The notes under the pieces are model-generated. The model ran no database searches, was not told the DNA's origin, and saw only the letters and a list, made by a program, of their open reading frames with translations. The position numbers and the translations under genes were made by a program. Below are positions 52,962-62,511 of a DNA stretch of 64,000 nt, one piece after another. Position 1 is the stretch's first letter; each line of letters starts with the position of its first letter. The DNA lies in assembly GCA_963726245.1 (NCBI GenBank), contig CAVSBT010000037.1, forward strand, positions 96,001-160,000, in the 5' to 3' direction. This stretch comes from an uncultured Chloroflexia bacterium (lineage in GTDB: Bacteria > Chloroflexota > Dehalococcoidia > DSTF01 > JALHUB01).

Positions 52962-54182
52962 CTACTCTTCCTTGTCCAGCTCGAAGGCGCGATGGAGGGC
53001 GCGCACGGCCTGCGGCACCTTCGATTCGCTGATGATGCAGGTGATGCGGATCTCGCTGGTGGAGATCATCTCGATGTTGATGCCCTCATCGAAGAGGGTG
53101 CGGAACATGCGGGCGGCGTAGCCGGGGGCAGTGGTCATCCCCGTGCCCACGACGCTCACCTTGCCCAGCTTGTCGTCGGTGACGACCTCGGCGGCGCCGA
53201 TGCTGCGGGAGGCCTCTTCGACGATCGGCAGCGCCTTGTGCAGGTCCTTGCGCGACACCGTGAAAGTGACGTCGGTGAGCTGCTCGACGCTGGCGTTCTG
53301 GACGATGGTGTCCACCGATACGTGGGCCTCGGCCAGAGGGTCGAATATGCTGACGGCGATGCCCGGCCGGTCGGGGACGCCCCGGACGGTGATCTTGGCT
53401 ACGTCCAGGTCCTGCGCGATGCCGCGTACCTTCTTGAACTGCTCCATGGATACGCCTCCGTGTATCAGCGTGCCCGGCGCCTCCTTGAAGCTGGAAGCCA
53501 CCAGGATAGGCATGTTGTAGACCGCCCCCAGCTCGACAGACCGCGCATGCATGACCTTGGCCCCTACGGCGGCCAGCTCCAGCATCTCCTCGTAGCCGAT
53601 GTCCTTCAGCTTCCGTGCCCTGGGCTCAACGCGGGGGTCGGTGGTGTAGACGCCTTCGACGTCGGTGTAGATCTCGCAGACCTCAGCGCCGAGGGCGGCG
53701 GCCAGGGCCACCGCCGTCGTGTCGGACCCGCCGCGGCCGAGGGTGGTGACGTCCATCTCGTCCGTGACGCCCTGAAAGCCGGCCACGACGATGATGCGGC
53801 CCTGCTTCAGCTCCCGCCGCACGCGCTTCGCGTCGATGCCCTGGATGCGCGCCTTGCTGTGGACGGCGTCGGTCTTGATGCCGGCCTGGGCCCCCGAGAG
53901 GCTGACGGCGTCATAGCCCATCGATTGGAGGGCCATGGCCATGAGGGTGGTGGACACCGTCTCCCCCGTCGACAGGAGAACGTCCATCTCCCGCTCCGGG
54001 GGATGCTCCATGACCTCCTGGGCCAGGGCGATGAGCTGGTCGGTGGTCTTGCCCATGGCGGAGACCACCACCAACACGTCGTTCCCCTGATCCTTGCGGC
54101 GGGCGACGCGGCGGGCGACGTTCTTGATGAACTCGGCGCTGGCAAGGGAGCTGCCGCCGTACTTCTGGACGATGAGTGCCAT
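52962..54182 (-). CDS. lysC: Aspartate kinase (in frame with upstream thrB in this sequence)
   Basis: [39 protein letters not shown], two ACT domains, STSEI. Confidence 0.95.
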   Translation of the reverse strand: MALIVQKYGGSSLASAEFIKNVARRVARRKDQGNDVLVVVSAMGKTTDQLIALAQEVMEHPPEREMDVLLSTGETVSTTLMAMALQSMGYDAVSLSGAQAGIKTDAVHSKARIQGIDAKRVRRELKQGRIIVVAGFQGVTDEMDVTTLGRGGSDTTAVALAAALGAEVCEIYTDVEGVYTTDPRVEPRARKLKDIGYEEMLELAAVGAKVMHARSVELGAVYNMPILVASSFKEAPGTLIHGGVSMEQFKKVRGIAQDLDVAKITVRGVPDRPGIAVSIFDPLAEAHVSVDTIVQNASVEQLTDVTFTVSRKDLHKALPIVEEASRSIGAAEVVTDDKLGKVSVVGTGMTTAPGYAARMFRTLFDEGINIEMISTSEIRITCIISESKVPQAVRALHRAFELDKEE

Positions 54183-55091
54183 ACCTAATCCCCCGTGACT
54201 GACGGGGCCGACGAGATGCGCCCCCTTGGCGCTGGGAACCGTGACGAGGCTCGTGGCCTCGAAGCCGCGGGCCTGCGCCGCCTCTCTCATGGCCCGCGCT
54301 ATCTTATTGTCGTCCTCTCTGGTGAGAGCCAGGATAGTGCTGCCACCGCCCGAGAGGTAGGCGCAGAGGGCGCCCGCCTCGCGCGCCGCCCTGAACACGT
54401 CCTCCATGGCCGGGAAGAGCTGGGCCCGCGCCGGCTGGTGAAGCCGGTCCTGGGTGGCCACGTCCAGCAGATCGAAGCGGCCCTCGCTGAGAGCGGCGAC
54501 GAGCAGGGCAGCCCGCCCGATGTTGTGGATGGCGTCCTCGCGGGAGAGCTCCTTGGGCAACAGGCGCCGGCTCTCATCGGTGGGCATGGCCATCTCGGGC
54601 ACAAGGAGGACTGCCTTGAGCCCGCCGGGCATGGTCGCTCCCAGGTGGACCAGGCGTCCCCGGTCTGTCACCACCACCTGGAGGCCGCCGAAGAGGGCGG
54701 GGGCGGCGTTGTCGGCGTGGCCCTCCAGCCGCGCCGCCAGTGGGAGCAGCTCTTCCGCCGAAAGGGGTGCGCCCAGCAGGGCGTTGGCGGCCATCAGCCC
54801 GCCCACGCGAGCGGCGGCGCTGGCGCCCAGGCCTCGCGCCACCGGCACCTCGCCACCGGCCCAGACGGTCGACAGGCCGGCCGGCGGTTGGGCTCCGGCG
54901 GCTTCGTAGAGGGAGAGAGCCGCCTTCTCGATCATGGCCGACAGAGGGTCCGCGGGCGACGGCAGCGGTTCGGGGCGCGCTTCGACGGTAACCTCAGCCC
55001 AGAGGTCCAGGGCCATGCCCAGACAGTCGAACCCCGGCCCAAGGTTGGCCGAGGTCGCGGGCACCCGAACCGTGGCTCGCTGTGGTGGCAA
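54183..55091 (-). CDS. thrB: Homoserine kinase (no stop before lysC as sequenced)
   Basis: [31 protein letters not shown]; TTG start after GAGG inferred. Confidence 0.92.
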
Positions 55092-55230
55092 GACGGTGTC
55101 CTCTCGTGGGTGGCCCGATTGTACCATCGCCCCTTCAGTCTATCAAACGTCCTGTTAAGGGTGCGCTAAACTGTATCCTGCCGCTTCCCCGTGCTATAAT
55201 GCGCCCCGCCGCTATCAGAGAGGTGATGCC

Positions 55231-55551
55231 ATGTCCCTTGAAGAGCTTCGCGACCTCGTCATCGTCGTCTGGGGTATCCTGGGAATCGTGTTCCTGGCCG
55301 TGGCCATTGTGCTGGGGATCGTCGTGGGCCTGAGCGCCCGCCGCCTGATCGTCACAGTCCGGAGCCTGCTCCGGGATGACGTACAGCCGACCCTGCGCTC
55401 GGCCCGCCAGACCGTGGACAGCATCCGCGGCACCACCTCCTTCGTGGCCGATACTGCCGTCGCCCCCGTCATCCGTGTCTATGGCATTTTCTCCGGCGTC
55501 CGGCGTTTCCTGAGCGTGCTCCTGGGGTTCAAGAAACGTCGAAGCCGGTAG
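55231..55551 (+). CDS. Hypothetical membrane protein
   Basis: GAGGTG RBS, TATAAT at 55195, N-terminal TM; precedes the YtxH-like gene. Confidence 0.7.
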   Translation: MSLEELRDLVIVVWGILGIVFLAVAIVLGIVVGLSARRLIVTVRSLLRDDVQPTLRSARQTVDSIRGTTSFVADTAVAPVIRVYGIFSGVRRFLSVLLGFKKRRSR

Positions 55552-55590
55552 CTCTTCCTGTCGCACGGCCACCGCGAAAGGACGCACTCC

Positions 55591-55965
55591 ATGGAGGAGA
55601 ACGACAACAGCAGCGAATCAGAAGATGCCCCGGCGACCGCTGAGGCCTGCTGCCACGGTCCGGGGTTCCTGTTCGGTGTCATAATGGGCGCCCTGGTCGG
55701 CGCTGTCCTGGCGACCATCCTCACACCCGTCAGCGGCGACGAGGCGCGGCTCCGCGCCGCCGAGAAAGCCCCTGAGCTGTGGCGCCGTCGGGACGAGCTG
55801 ACGCGGGAGGGCCGCGAGAAGGCCCTGCACGTCGCTGAAGGCGCCCGTTCCCGACTGGCGGAGGCCCGGGAGGCCGCCAAGGAGGCGACCCAGGAGGCGC
55901 AGCAGGAGGCCCGCCGCCGCTACGAGGGCATGACGGGCCGCCGCTCGGGCCCGCCTCTCCCCTGA
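55591..55965 (+). CDS. YtxH-domain protein
   Basis: GFLFG...GALVGA.LA..LTP.SG.E.R followed by a helical tail. Confidence 0.8.
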   Translation: MEENDNSSESEDAPATAEACCHGPGFLFGVIMGALVGAVLATILTPVSGDEARLRAAEKAPELWRRRDELTREGREKALHVAEGARSRLAEAREAAKEATQEAQQEARRRYEGMTGRRSGPPLP

Positions 55966-55970
55966 CCCCA

Positions 55971-57035
55971 GTGGCTCCTCGCATTGTCACGGCGGTGGCT
56001 CTGCTGGCCCTATCCGCCCTTCTGGCGGCATGCGGCGCCGAAGGGTCGGCGGAACTTGTCGGCCCACAGCCCACTATCGCCCCCACGCCGCGGCCGGCGG
56101 CGACCCCTGACGCCCGCTCCGTGCCGGTGGAGCCTCTGATCCCGGAAGGAGCGACCGTCGAGAGAGTAATCTACGGCCGCCTCCTGCCCGGACAGGGCGA
56201 GCAGATCATCGTCCATAGCAGCCGCGACATCTCCGGCCAGGGCGGGTCCGCCTCAGACGGAAGCTGCGACCGGCAGGACTACCTCCAAATCTTCGCCTTC
56301 GACCCGGATTTCGGCCAGTGGAAGCCTCTCTTCGAGGGCGACAAGTGGCCGTCTACGGCCGCTCCCTTCATTCCCGACCGCGAGGACTCGTCCGACCCGT
56401 GCAAGAGCTACGAAACGCTGGACCTGGTCGAGCTGGTGGACATGGAAGCGGACGGCGGAATCCAGGACCTGGCCGTGGCCCTCGCCACCGGCAAGGAGGA
56501 TAAGCCCGGCCCGCTGCTGCTGAAGGTGTTCTCCTTCCGCTCCGGGGCCGCTGAGCCCATCTACGACGAGGCCGCGCCCCACGGCGGCGCCACCCGCATG
56601 CTCGCCGGCGGGCGCATCGCGCTGGAGCAGGGCACCTACCCGTCGAGCTCCAGCCCCCTCTGGCGCGGCCGCTCCAACCCCAACGGCACCCTAACAGAGG
56701 TCATCGGCCGGAACGAGGAGTACGGCCAGGTGGACGTGGTGGAGAGCTCACTGGCCCTCTACTGCCGCCACGGCGCCGTCGACCAGGTGAAGGACGACGC
56801 CCTCATCGTCACCTGCGACGCCGACGGCCAGCAGCGGTTCACCGGCTACCGGCTAAACGGCGAGACGAAAGTGCTGCCGGCGGAGTTCGGCGGGCCCGGC
56901 GACCTGCGCGTCGGGCAGGAGGTGTCGGTGAGCGCGGCCGAGCCCCTGGAGCTGAACGAGGACTGGGAGCTGGAGCCCGTCGCCTCGGAGATCCGAGTCC
57001 TGGACCAGCAACAGGCGTTCAGCGGCTTCCCGTGA
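55971..57035 (+). CDS. Hypothetical lipoprotein
   Basis: LAAC lipobox, Pro/Thr linker, 354-aa intact ORF. Confidence 0.75.
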   Translation: MAPRIVTAVALLALSALLAACGAEGSAELVGPQPTIAPTPRPAATPDARSVPVEPLIPEGATVERVIYGRLLPGQGEQIIVHSSRDISGQGGSASDGSCDRQDYLQIFAFDPDFGQWKPLFEGDKWPSTAAPFIPDREDSSDPCKSYETLDLVELVDMEADGGIQDLAVALATGKEDKPGPLLLKVFSFRSGAAEPIYDEAAPHGGATRMLAGGRIALEQGTYPSSSSPLWRGRSNPNGTLTEVIGRNEEYGQVDVVESSLALYCRHGAVDQVKDDALIVTCDADGQQRFTGYRLNGETKVLPAEFGGPGDLRVGQEVSVSAAEPLELNEDWELEPVASEIRVLDQQQAFSGFP

Positions 57036-57040
57036 CAGCG

Positions 57041-57080
57041 AGAGGTGGGAGGCGCCTTTCGCCTCCCACCTCTCTTCTTG
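57041..57080. terminator. Hairpin terminator between the lipoprotein gene and the convergent tRNAs
   Basis: AGAGGTGGGAGGCG-CCTTT-CGCCTCCCACCTCT followed by CTTCTTGTTT. Confidence 0.7.
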
Positions 57081-57088
57081 TTTCCACA

Positions 57089-57179
<91 letters not shown>

Positions 57180-57236
57180 GCCTTCAGATTGAGTTGCCAC
57201 TTTGTCAATCTGTGGCGCTCAAGCTGTCACGTTTGG

Positions 57237-57326
57237 TGGCGGAGGGGGTGGGATTCGAACCCACGGTACGCTTGCGCGTACACCGCTTTTCGAGAGCGGC
57301 ACCATCAGCCTCTCGGACACCCCTCC
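57237..57326 (-). tRNA. tRNA-Ser (CGA)
   Basis: GGAGGGG acceptor stem, CT-CGA-AA anticodon loop, long variable arm, encoded CCA; TATAAT at 57333-57338. Confidence 0.96.
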
Positions 57327-57534
57327 GCGCGTATTATAGCGCAGGCCGCGGTCGGCTGGATGACCGTCGGGCCGCCCGCCAACGAGCTGGCATGCAATCC
57401 GCAGGCGAGGCTTTCGAGCCTGGCGAGAGCAGGACGCCGAGGTCTAAAGGCCCCGGCTACATTGTTCTGAACAGGCTGCATGATTCCAAGCCAGATTCTT
57501 CGCTTCGCCCAGAATGACGGTGTTCCAAGTGGTT

Positions 57535-58236
57535 CTAGATGCGCTCGGCGCGGACGACGAGGCGGTGGCTGTATTGGTGGATGTCTCGGTTGAACGTGCC
57601 GGTGCAGGTTATGAGGGTGACGGTGTCTTTGCTGGTGGGACCGACGATCTCGTTGATGGGGGCGTCGTCGCTGGCATAGGCGACGTTACTCACCACCAGG
57701 TACTGGTAGGAGGTGCCGTCGGCGAGGTCCACCTCGACCAGGTCGCCGGGGCCCAACTCCTTCAGGTGCCAGAAGACAGCGGGGCCGACGCTGGCGAAGT
57801 CCACGTGGCCGGAAAAGACGGCGTTGCTGCCCGCGCCCGGTCGGGCCGTGAAGTCGTACCAGCCCACATCAAAGGCCGACCTCGGCGACTGCATGGCGCC
57901 CTGGTCGTCCACTCCCAGCGTCACGACCGGCGCGTCGACCCCGATCTTGGGGATGACCAGTCGGGTCAAGGGAGCGCTGCTGGGCGGCGTCGCGGCGGGC
58001 GGCGTCTCGGCCAGTTGCCGCAGTCGCTGCTTGTCCAGGCTGAAGCCGGTCGAGGTAGTGGCGTCGCTGAGGGACGGGCCGGAAGTCGGCTCGGGGATGG
58101 AGCCGTCGGTGCCACTGCCCACGACTCCCGAGAAGGCCATCCCCAGGAGCACGAAGGCGGCCAGGATCAGGGCAACGCCGGCGCCCATGAGCCAGCGGTG
58201 CAGGTTCCGGTTACGATTGGCGTAGGAGCGACCCAT
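57535..58236 (-). CDS. Class F sortase
   Basis: N-terminal TM; RLVIPKIGVDAPV, VGWY, PG..SNAVFSGHVD, TLITCTG.F, catalytic Arg in HRLVV. Confidence 0.93.
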   Translation of the reverse strand: MGRSYANRNRNLHRWLMGAGVALILAAFVLLGMAFSGVVGSGTDGSIPEPTSGPSLSDATTSTGFSLDKQRLRQLAETPPAATPPSSAPLTRLVIPKIGVDAPVVTLGVDDQGAMQSPRSAFDVGWYDFTARPGAGSNAVFSGHVDFASVGPAVFWHLKELGPGDLVEVDLADGTSYQYLVVSNVAYASDDAPINEIVGPTSKDTVTLITCTGTFNRDIHQYSHRLVVRAERI

Positions 58237-58333
58237 GCGCTTCTAGCCCTCGAAACCACTAACGGTACTTCATTATACGTTATTACGTCCGATTATGGGT
58301 TCGGGACTCGTTGGGCGGCAGTCGCCCCGCGAC

Positions 58334-58390
58334 GTAGGGACAGAGCTTCCCCGCCGAAGGCGGGTCCGCCTCTGGCAGAAGCTCCGTCCG
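58334..58390. repeat. REP palindrome with a second palindromic element in its loop
   Basis: GTAGGGACAGAGCTT[CCCCGCCGAAGGCGGGTCCGCCTCTGGCAG]AAGCTCCGTCC. Confidence 0.7.
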
Positions 58391-58688
58391 CAAGGCAGTT
58401 GTAGGGGGCAGACGGAGCGTGCCCCAGAAGGCCAGCCTGAAGCCTGGCACCGGTGGCTCGAGCCGGCCTCAAGGCAGGCCTTCAGAGGAATGGATAGCGG
58501 CCGGGCCTCCGCGACACCCGATCACGCCAAATAGGGAACTTCTTGCTCCCGCCCAGCGTTAACCATTTGGGGCCGCGCCGCGTTCTTATTGTAGAGCGGC
58601 CCTACCGGGCTCCGGCCCGGTTTGTACGGCCGTTCATCGGTGTGTCCCGGCCCGCCATAGGCGGGAGCGCCGCGGGGCCGCCGCAGTA

Positions 58689-58815
58689 TTGACAAGGGAC
58701 GCCTGCTGTACTAAAGATAGGCGCGGTGGCGGGAGTAGGTCCGCCTGAGGCGGAAAGGCGCAAAGCGGACGTAGCGTAGTTCACTAGCCCGTCAGGGCAA
58801 GGAGGGCCAAGCCTC
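58689..58815 (+). promoter_or_regulatory. Promoter and conserved, putatively structured 5' leader, copy 1
   Basis: TTGACA...TAAAGAT then a ~95-nt leader nearly identical to 60638-60768; AAGGAGG RBS. Confidence 0.6.
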
Positions 58816-60437
58816 ATGCGCGTTCCAGGGCAGCAGAGAAAGTCTTACATGTGGAGGTGGACGGCAGCGCTCGCGGGGTTGGCCGTCCTTGGTTTTGCGC
58901 TGGTGATGGCGGTGGTGGTCACGCCGGCCAGCAGCGTCCAGGCTGCCACCTTTACCGTGAACAGCGTTGCTGACACCGGCGACGCCGACGCTCGCCGACG
59001 CCAAGTGCGACGTCAACCTAGCGTACATCGGGCAACCAGTGCACCCTGCGTGCAGCCATCGAGCAGGCCAACAACCGACTCCGGCGGTTGGCCAACACCA
59101 TCACCTTCAGCTCGGCACCGGCACTCAACCATCACTCCCGGTGGGCGCCTATGACGCCCTCGGTGACGACGGCCTCACCATCAATGGGGAGCGGGACCAT
59201 CGTCATCAAAGGCGCTTCCTGCCATGCTGGAGGTCGACGCCGACAACGTCACCATCTCGCACCTGATCCTGAACGGCGACGCCGCCGGCGCAAACGGCAT
59301 CGTGGTGCGCGCCACCAACGACAGCTACCCACCTCACCGGCGTCGAGGTCAGGAAGTACACCGGGACGGGCATCGTCTTCAACGGCAACAACGACGACTT
59401 CGTCCTGGATACCGTCAATGTCCACGACAACACCGGCGACCGGCATAGACCTGGCCGCTGGTTCTGACGACGGCATCATCCGCAACAGCACCATCGAGGA
59501 CAACGGCGGCGGCGGGATCTACCTGAACGACGGCTCGGGCAACCAGATCCTCAACAACACCATCCAGGATAACGGCACTGGGCCGACACGACGACAACGG
59601 CATCGAGGCCACAGACCAGAGCGAGTTGACGCATCCTGGGCAACACCCATCAGCGACAACTACGACGACGCGATCCGGATCGAAGGCGCCGGCACCGGCC
59701 TGGTCACGATCAACAACAACAGCATCCACGTCGGCCAGGGTGGCATCGACCTCGAGGACGACTGCCACTGCGACGACGTCCATATCAGCGGCGATACCGC
59801 CATCCGAGTCCAACTGCTTCAGCGGCTCCCTGACCGCCGACGTCGAGTTCTACCTGGCAGAACGAAAGCGGCGACGACATCGAGGCCCAGTACAACTACT
59901 GGGCCGGCGACACGGACCCCAAAGACAAGATATGTGCCATCGGACCAGAACAACGTCTAATTGCGACGCGAGGCGGCGGTACCGCAGACGGCGACGTCGA
60001 CTGGAGCCCGGTGGCAAGCTCGTGCGCCGGTGGCCACGCGTCACACCCACGCCTACCACCGCCACGGGTAGCATCACACCCAGCTTGACGCCCACGTGAC
60101 GGGCACGCCGCCCACGTCGACGCCCACAGTGACGGGCACGCCGCCTACATCCACGCCCACGCCCACGAGCGCCATGGAGTCGGTGACGCTGGCGGGCGGC
60201 ACCTGCAACCCGGTGGCCAGCACCTACGCGGACGGCACGCCCATCGCCACCATCGCGGCAGGCGTCTCACCGTCGGGCATCCTCATCTCCATCTGGTGGT
60301 ACAACACCGGTTCGGGAACCTGGCTCGGCTACTCGGCCCAGTTCCCCGACCAGAGCGACTTGAGCAGCGTGGACCGCCTGGAGGCGATATTCATCTGCGT
60401 CAGCTCCGCAGGCACCTGGAGCCGGCCTATAATCTGA
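58816..60437 (+). CDS. Secreted CSLREA-like/parallel beta-helix protein 1 with Pro/Thr linker and conserved C-terminal domain (multiple indels)
   Basis: Signal peptide ending VQA, ATFTVN, NQCTLRAAIEQAN, Asn/Gly/Ile beta-helix repeats, TPT linker, ...WSRPII*. Confidence 0.8.
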
Positions 60438-60486
60438 GAGGAGCGGAACGGGCGCGACTCCTGACGCGAGAAGTCAGGGATTTCCA

Positions 60487-60514
60487 ATGGGGGCGGCCGG
60501 TGGGCCGCCCCCAT
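60487..60514 (+). terminator. GC hairpin after surface protein 1
   Basis: ATGGGGGCGGCC-GGTG-GGCCGCCCCCAT; no strong U-tract. Confidence 0.55.
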
Positions 60515-60523
60515 CCGTTAAGG

Positions 60524-60543
60524 CCTGCCTGCCGGCAGGCAGG
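60524..60543. repeat. 20-bp palindromic element CCTGCCTGCCGGCAGGCAGG
   Basis: Perfect palindrome; absent at the homologous site of the duplicate; related copies inside dnaE. Confidence 0.75.
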
Positions 60544-60549
60544 AAGATC

Positions 60550-60592
60550 AGCAGGGAAGGAGCAAGACCCATGCGTGTTCGAAAGCTCACCC
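60550..60592 (+). pseudogene. Truncated remnant of the 5' end of surface protein 3
   Basis: AGCAGGGAAGGAGCAAGACCCATGCGT...CGAAAGCTCA matches 62491-62530. Confidence 0.7.
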
Positions 60593-60637
60593 CTGCCTCT
60601 GGATTCTTGCCCGTCCGGGCTGCGGCCTGCCGGAGTA

Positions 60638-60768
60638 TTGACAAGGGGCACCTTCTGCACTAAAGATAGGCGCGGTGGCGGGAGCAGGCCCGCCTAAGGC
60701 GGAAAGGCTGCGAGAGACAGGACCTAGCGTAGTTCACTAGCCCGTCAGGGCAAGGAGGGCCAAGCCTC
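60638..60768 (+). promoter_or_regulatory. Promoter and conserved, putatively structured 5' leader, copy 2
   Basis: Paralog of 58689-58815. Confidence 0.6.
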
Positions 60769-62391
60769 ATGCGCGTTCCAGGGCAGCAGAGAAAGTCTGG
60801 CACGTGGAGGTGGACGGCAGCGCTCGCGGGGGTGGCCGTCCTTGCTCTTGCGCTGGTCGCGGCGGTGGTGGTCACGCCGGCCGGCAGGGTCCAGGCCGCC
60901 ACCTTTACGGTGAACCGGACTACCGACGAATCTGACAACGACGTTACCGACGGCGTGTGTGACTGGGACCGGCGACGACTGGCAACCAGTGCACTCTCCG
61001 TGCAGCCATCGAGCAGGCCAACGAAGACTCCGGGGTCGGCAACACCATCAGCTTCAGTATCACCGGCGGCGGCACCCACACCATTACCCCGGCGGGGAGT
61101 GCCTATGACCCCATTGTTGACGACGGCCTCACTATCAACGGCGCAGCAATATCGTCATCAAAGGCGCTTTCGCCACGCTGGAGATCGACGCCGACAACGT
61201 CACCATCTCCCACCTGATCCTGAACGGCGACGCCGCGGCCGGAAACGGCATCGTGGTGGACACCCCCAACGACGCTACCCACCTCACCGGCGTCGAGGTC
61301 AAGAAGTACACCGGGACGGGCATCATCTTCAGCGGCAACAACGACGACTTCATCCTGGATGCCGTCAATGTCCATGACAACGGTACGGTCGCCGGGCTCG
61401 GCATAGTCCTGGCCGCTGGTTCTGACGACGGCATCATCCGCAACAGTACCATCGAGGACAACAGCGTCGAAGGGATCTACCTGACCGACGGCTCGGGCAA
61501 CCAGATCCTCAACAACCAATCGAGGATAACGGCAGCCCTGACCGCGGCGACGGCATCGGGGCCGACAGCCAGAGCGAGTTGAGCATCCTGGGCAACACCC
61601 TGAACGATAACTTCGACGACGCGATCCGGATCGAAGGCGCCGGGACCGGCCTGGTGACAATCAACAACAACAGCATCCGCGTCGGCCAAGGCGGCATTGA
61701 CCTCGAGGCGGGCTGCAACTGCGACGACGTCCATATCAGCGGCACCACTGCTGCCGAGTCCAACTGCTTCAGCGGCTCCCTGACCTCCGACGTCGAGTTC
61801 TACCTGGCGAACGAAAGCGGTGCTGACATCGAGGCGCAGTACAACTACTGGGCCGGCGATACCGACCCCGACGAAAAGATATGTGCCGTGGATCAGAATA
61901 ATGTCGCGGACTGTGACCACGGCGGAGGCGATCCCCCAGACGGCGACGTCGACTGGAGCCCGGTAGCTTCGAGCTGTGCCGGGGTGGCTACGGTCACGCC
62001 CACGCCTACCATCACGGGTACCATCACGCCCACCCTAACACCTACGGTGACGGGCACACCGCCCACGTCGACGCCCACCAACACGGCGACGCCAACGGGT
62101 CCCACGGCCACGCCGACAACGGGCCCCATGGAGTCGGTGACGCTGGCGGGCGGCCACTGCAACCCGGTGATCAGCACGTACGCCGATGGCACGCCCATCG
62201 CCACCATCGCCGCGGGCGTCTCACCGTCCGGCATCCTCATCTCCATCTGGTGGTTCAACCCCGGTACGGGTGACTGGCTCGGCTACTCGCCCCAGTTCCC
62301 CAGCGTGAGCGACCTTGCCAATGTGGACCGCCTGGAGGTGATCTTCATCTGCGTTAGCTCCCAGGGTAACTGGAGCCGGCCCATAATATAG
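60769..62391 (+). CDS. Secreted CSLREA-like/parallel beta-helix protein 2 (multiple indels)
   Basis: Close paralog of protein 1 with the same architecture, ending WSRPII*. Confidence 0.82.
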
Positions 62392-62442
62392 GGGAGCGGA
62401 ACGGGCTCGACTCGTGAGCGCGAGGAGTTGGGGGCTCGCGAA

Positions 62443-62470
62443 ACGGGGGCGGCCCACCGGCCGCCCCCGT
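62443..62470 (+). terminator. GC hairpin after surface protein 2
   Basis: ACGGGGGCGGCC-CACC-GGCCGCCCCCGT. Confidence 0.55.
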
Positions 62471-62511
62471 CCATTCAGGGAGGATAACTTAGCAGGGAAG
62501 GAGCAAGACCC

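Noticed and set aside
58721-58815. Assignment of the leader to c-di-GMP-I/II, c-di-AMP or glycine riboswitch classes
   Set aside because: Only fragments resemble them (GAAAGG, CGCAAAGC in one copy, CCCGUCAG); the required cores are missing, so it is kept as an unassigned candidate
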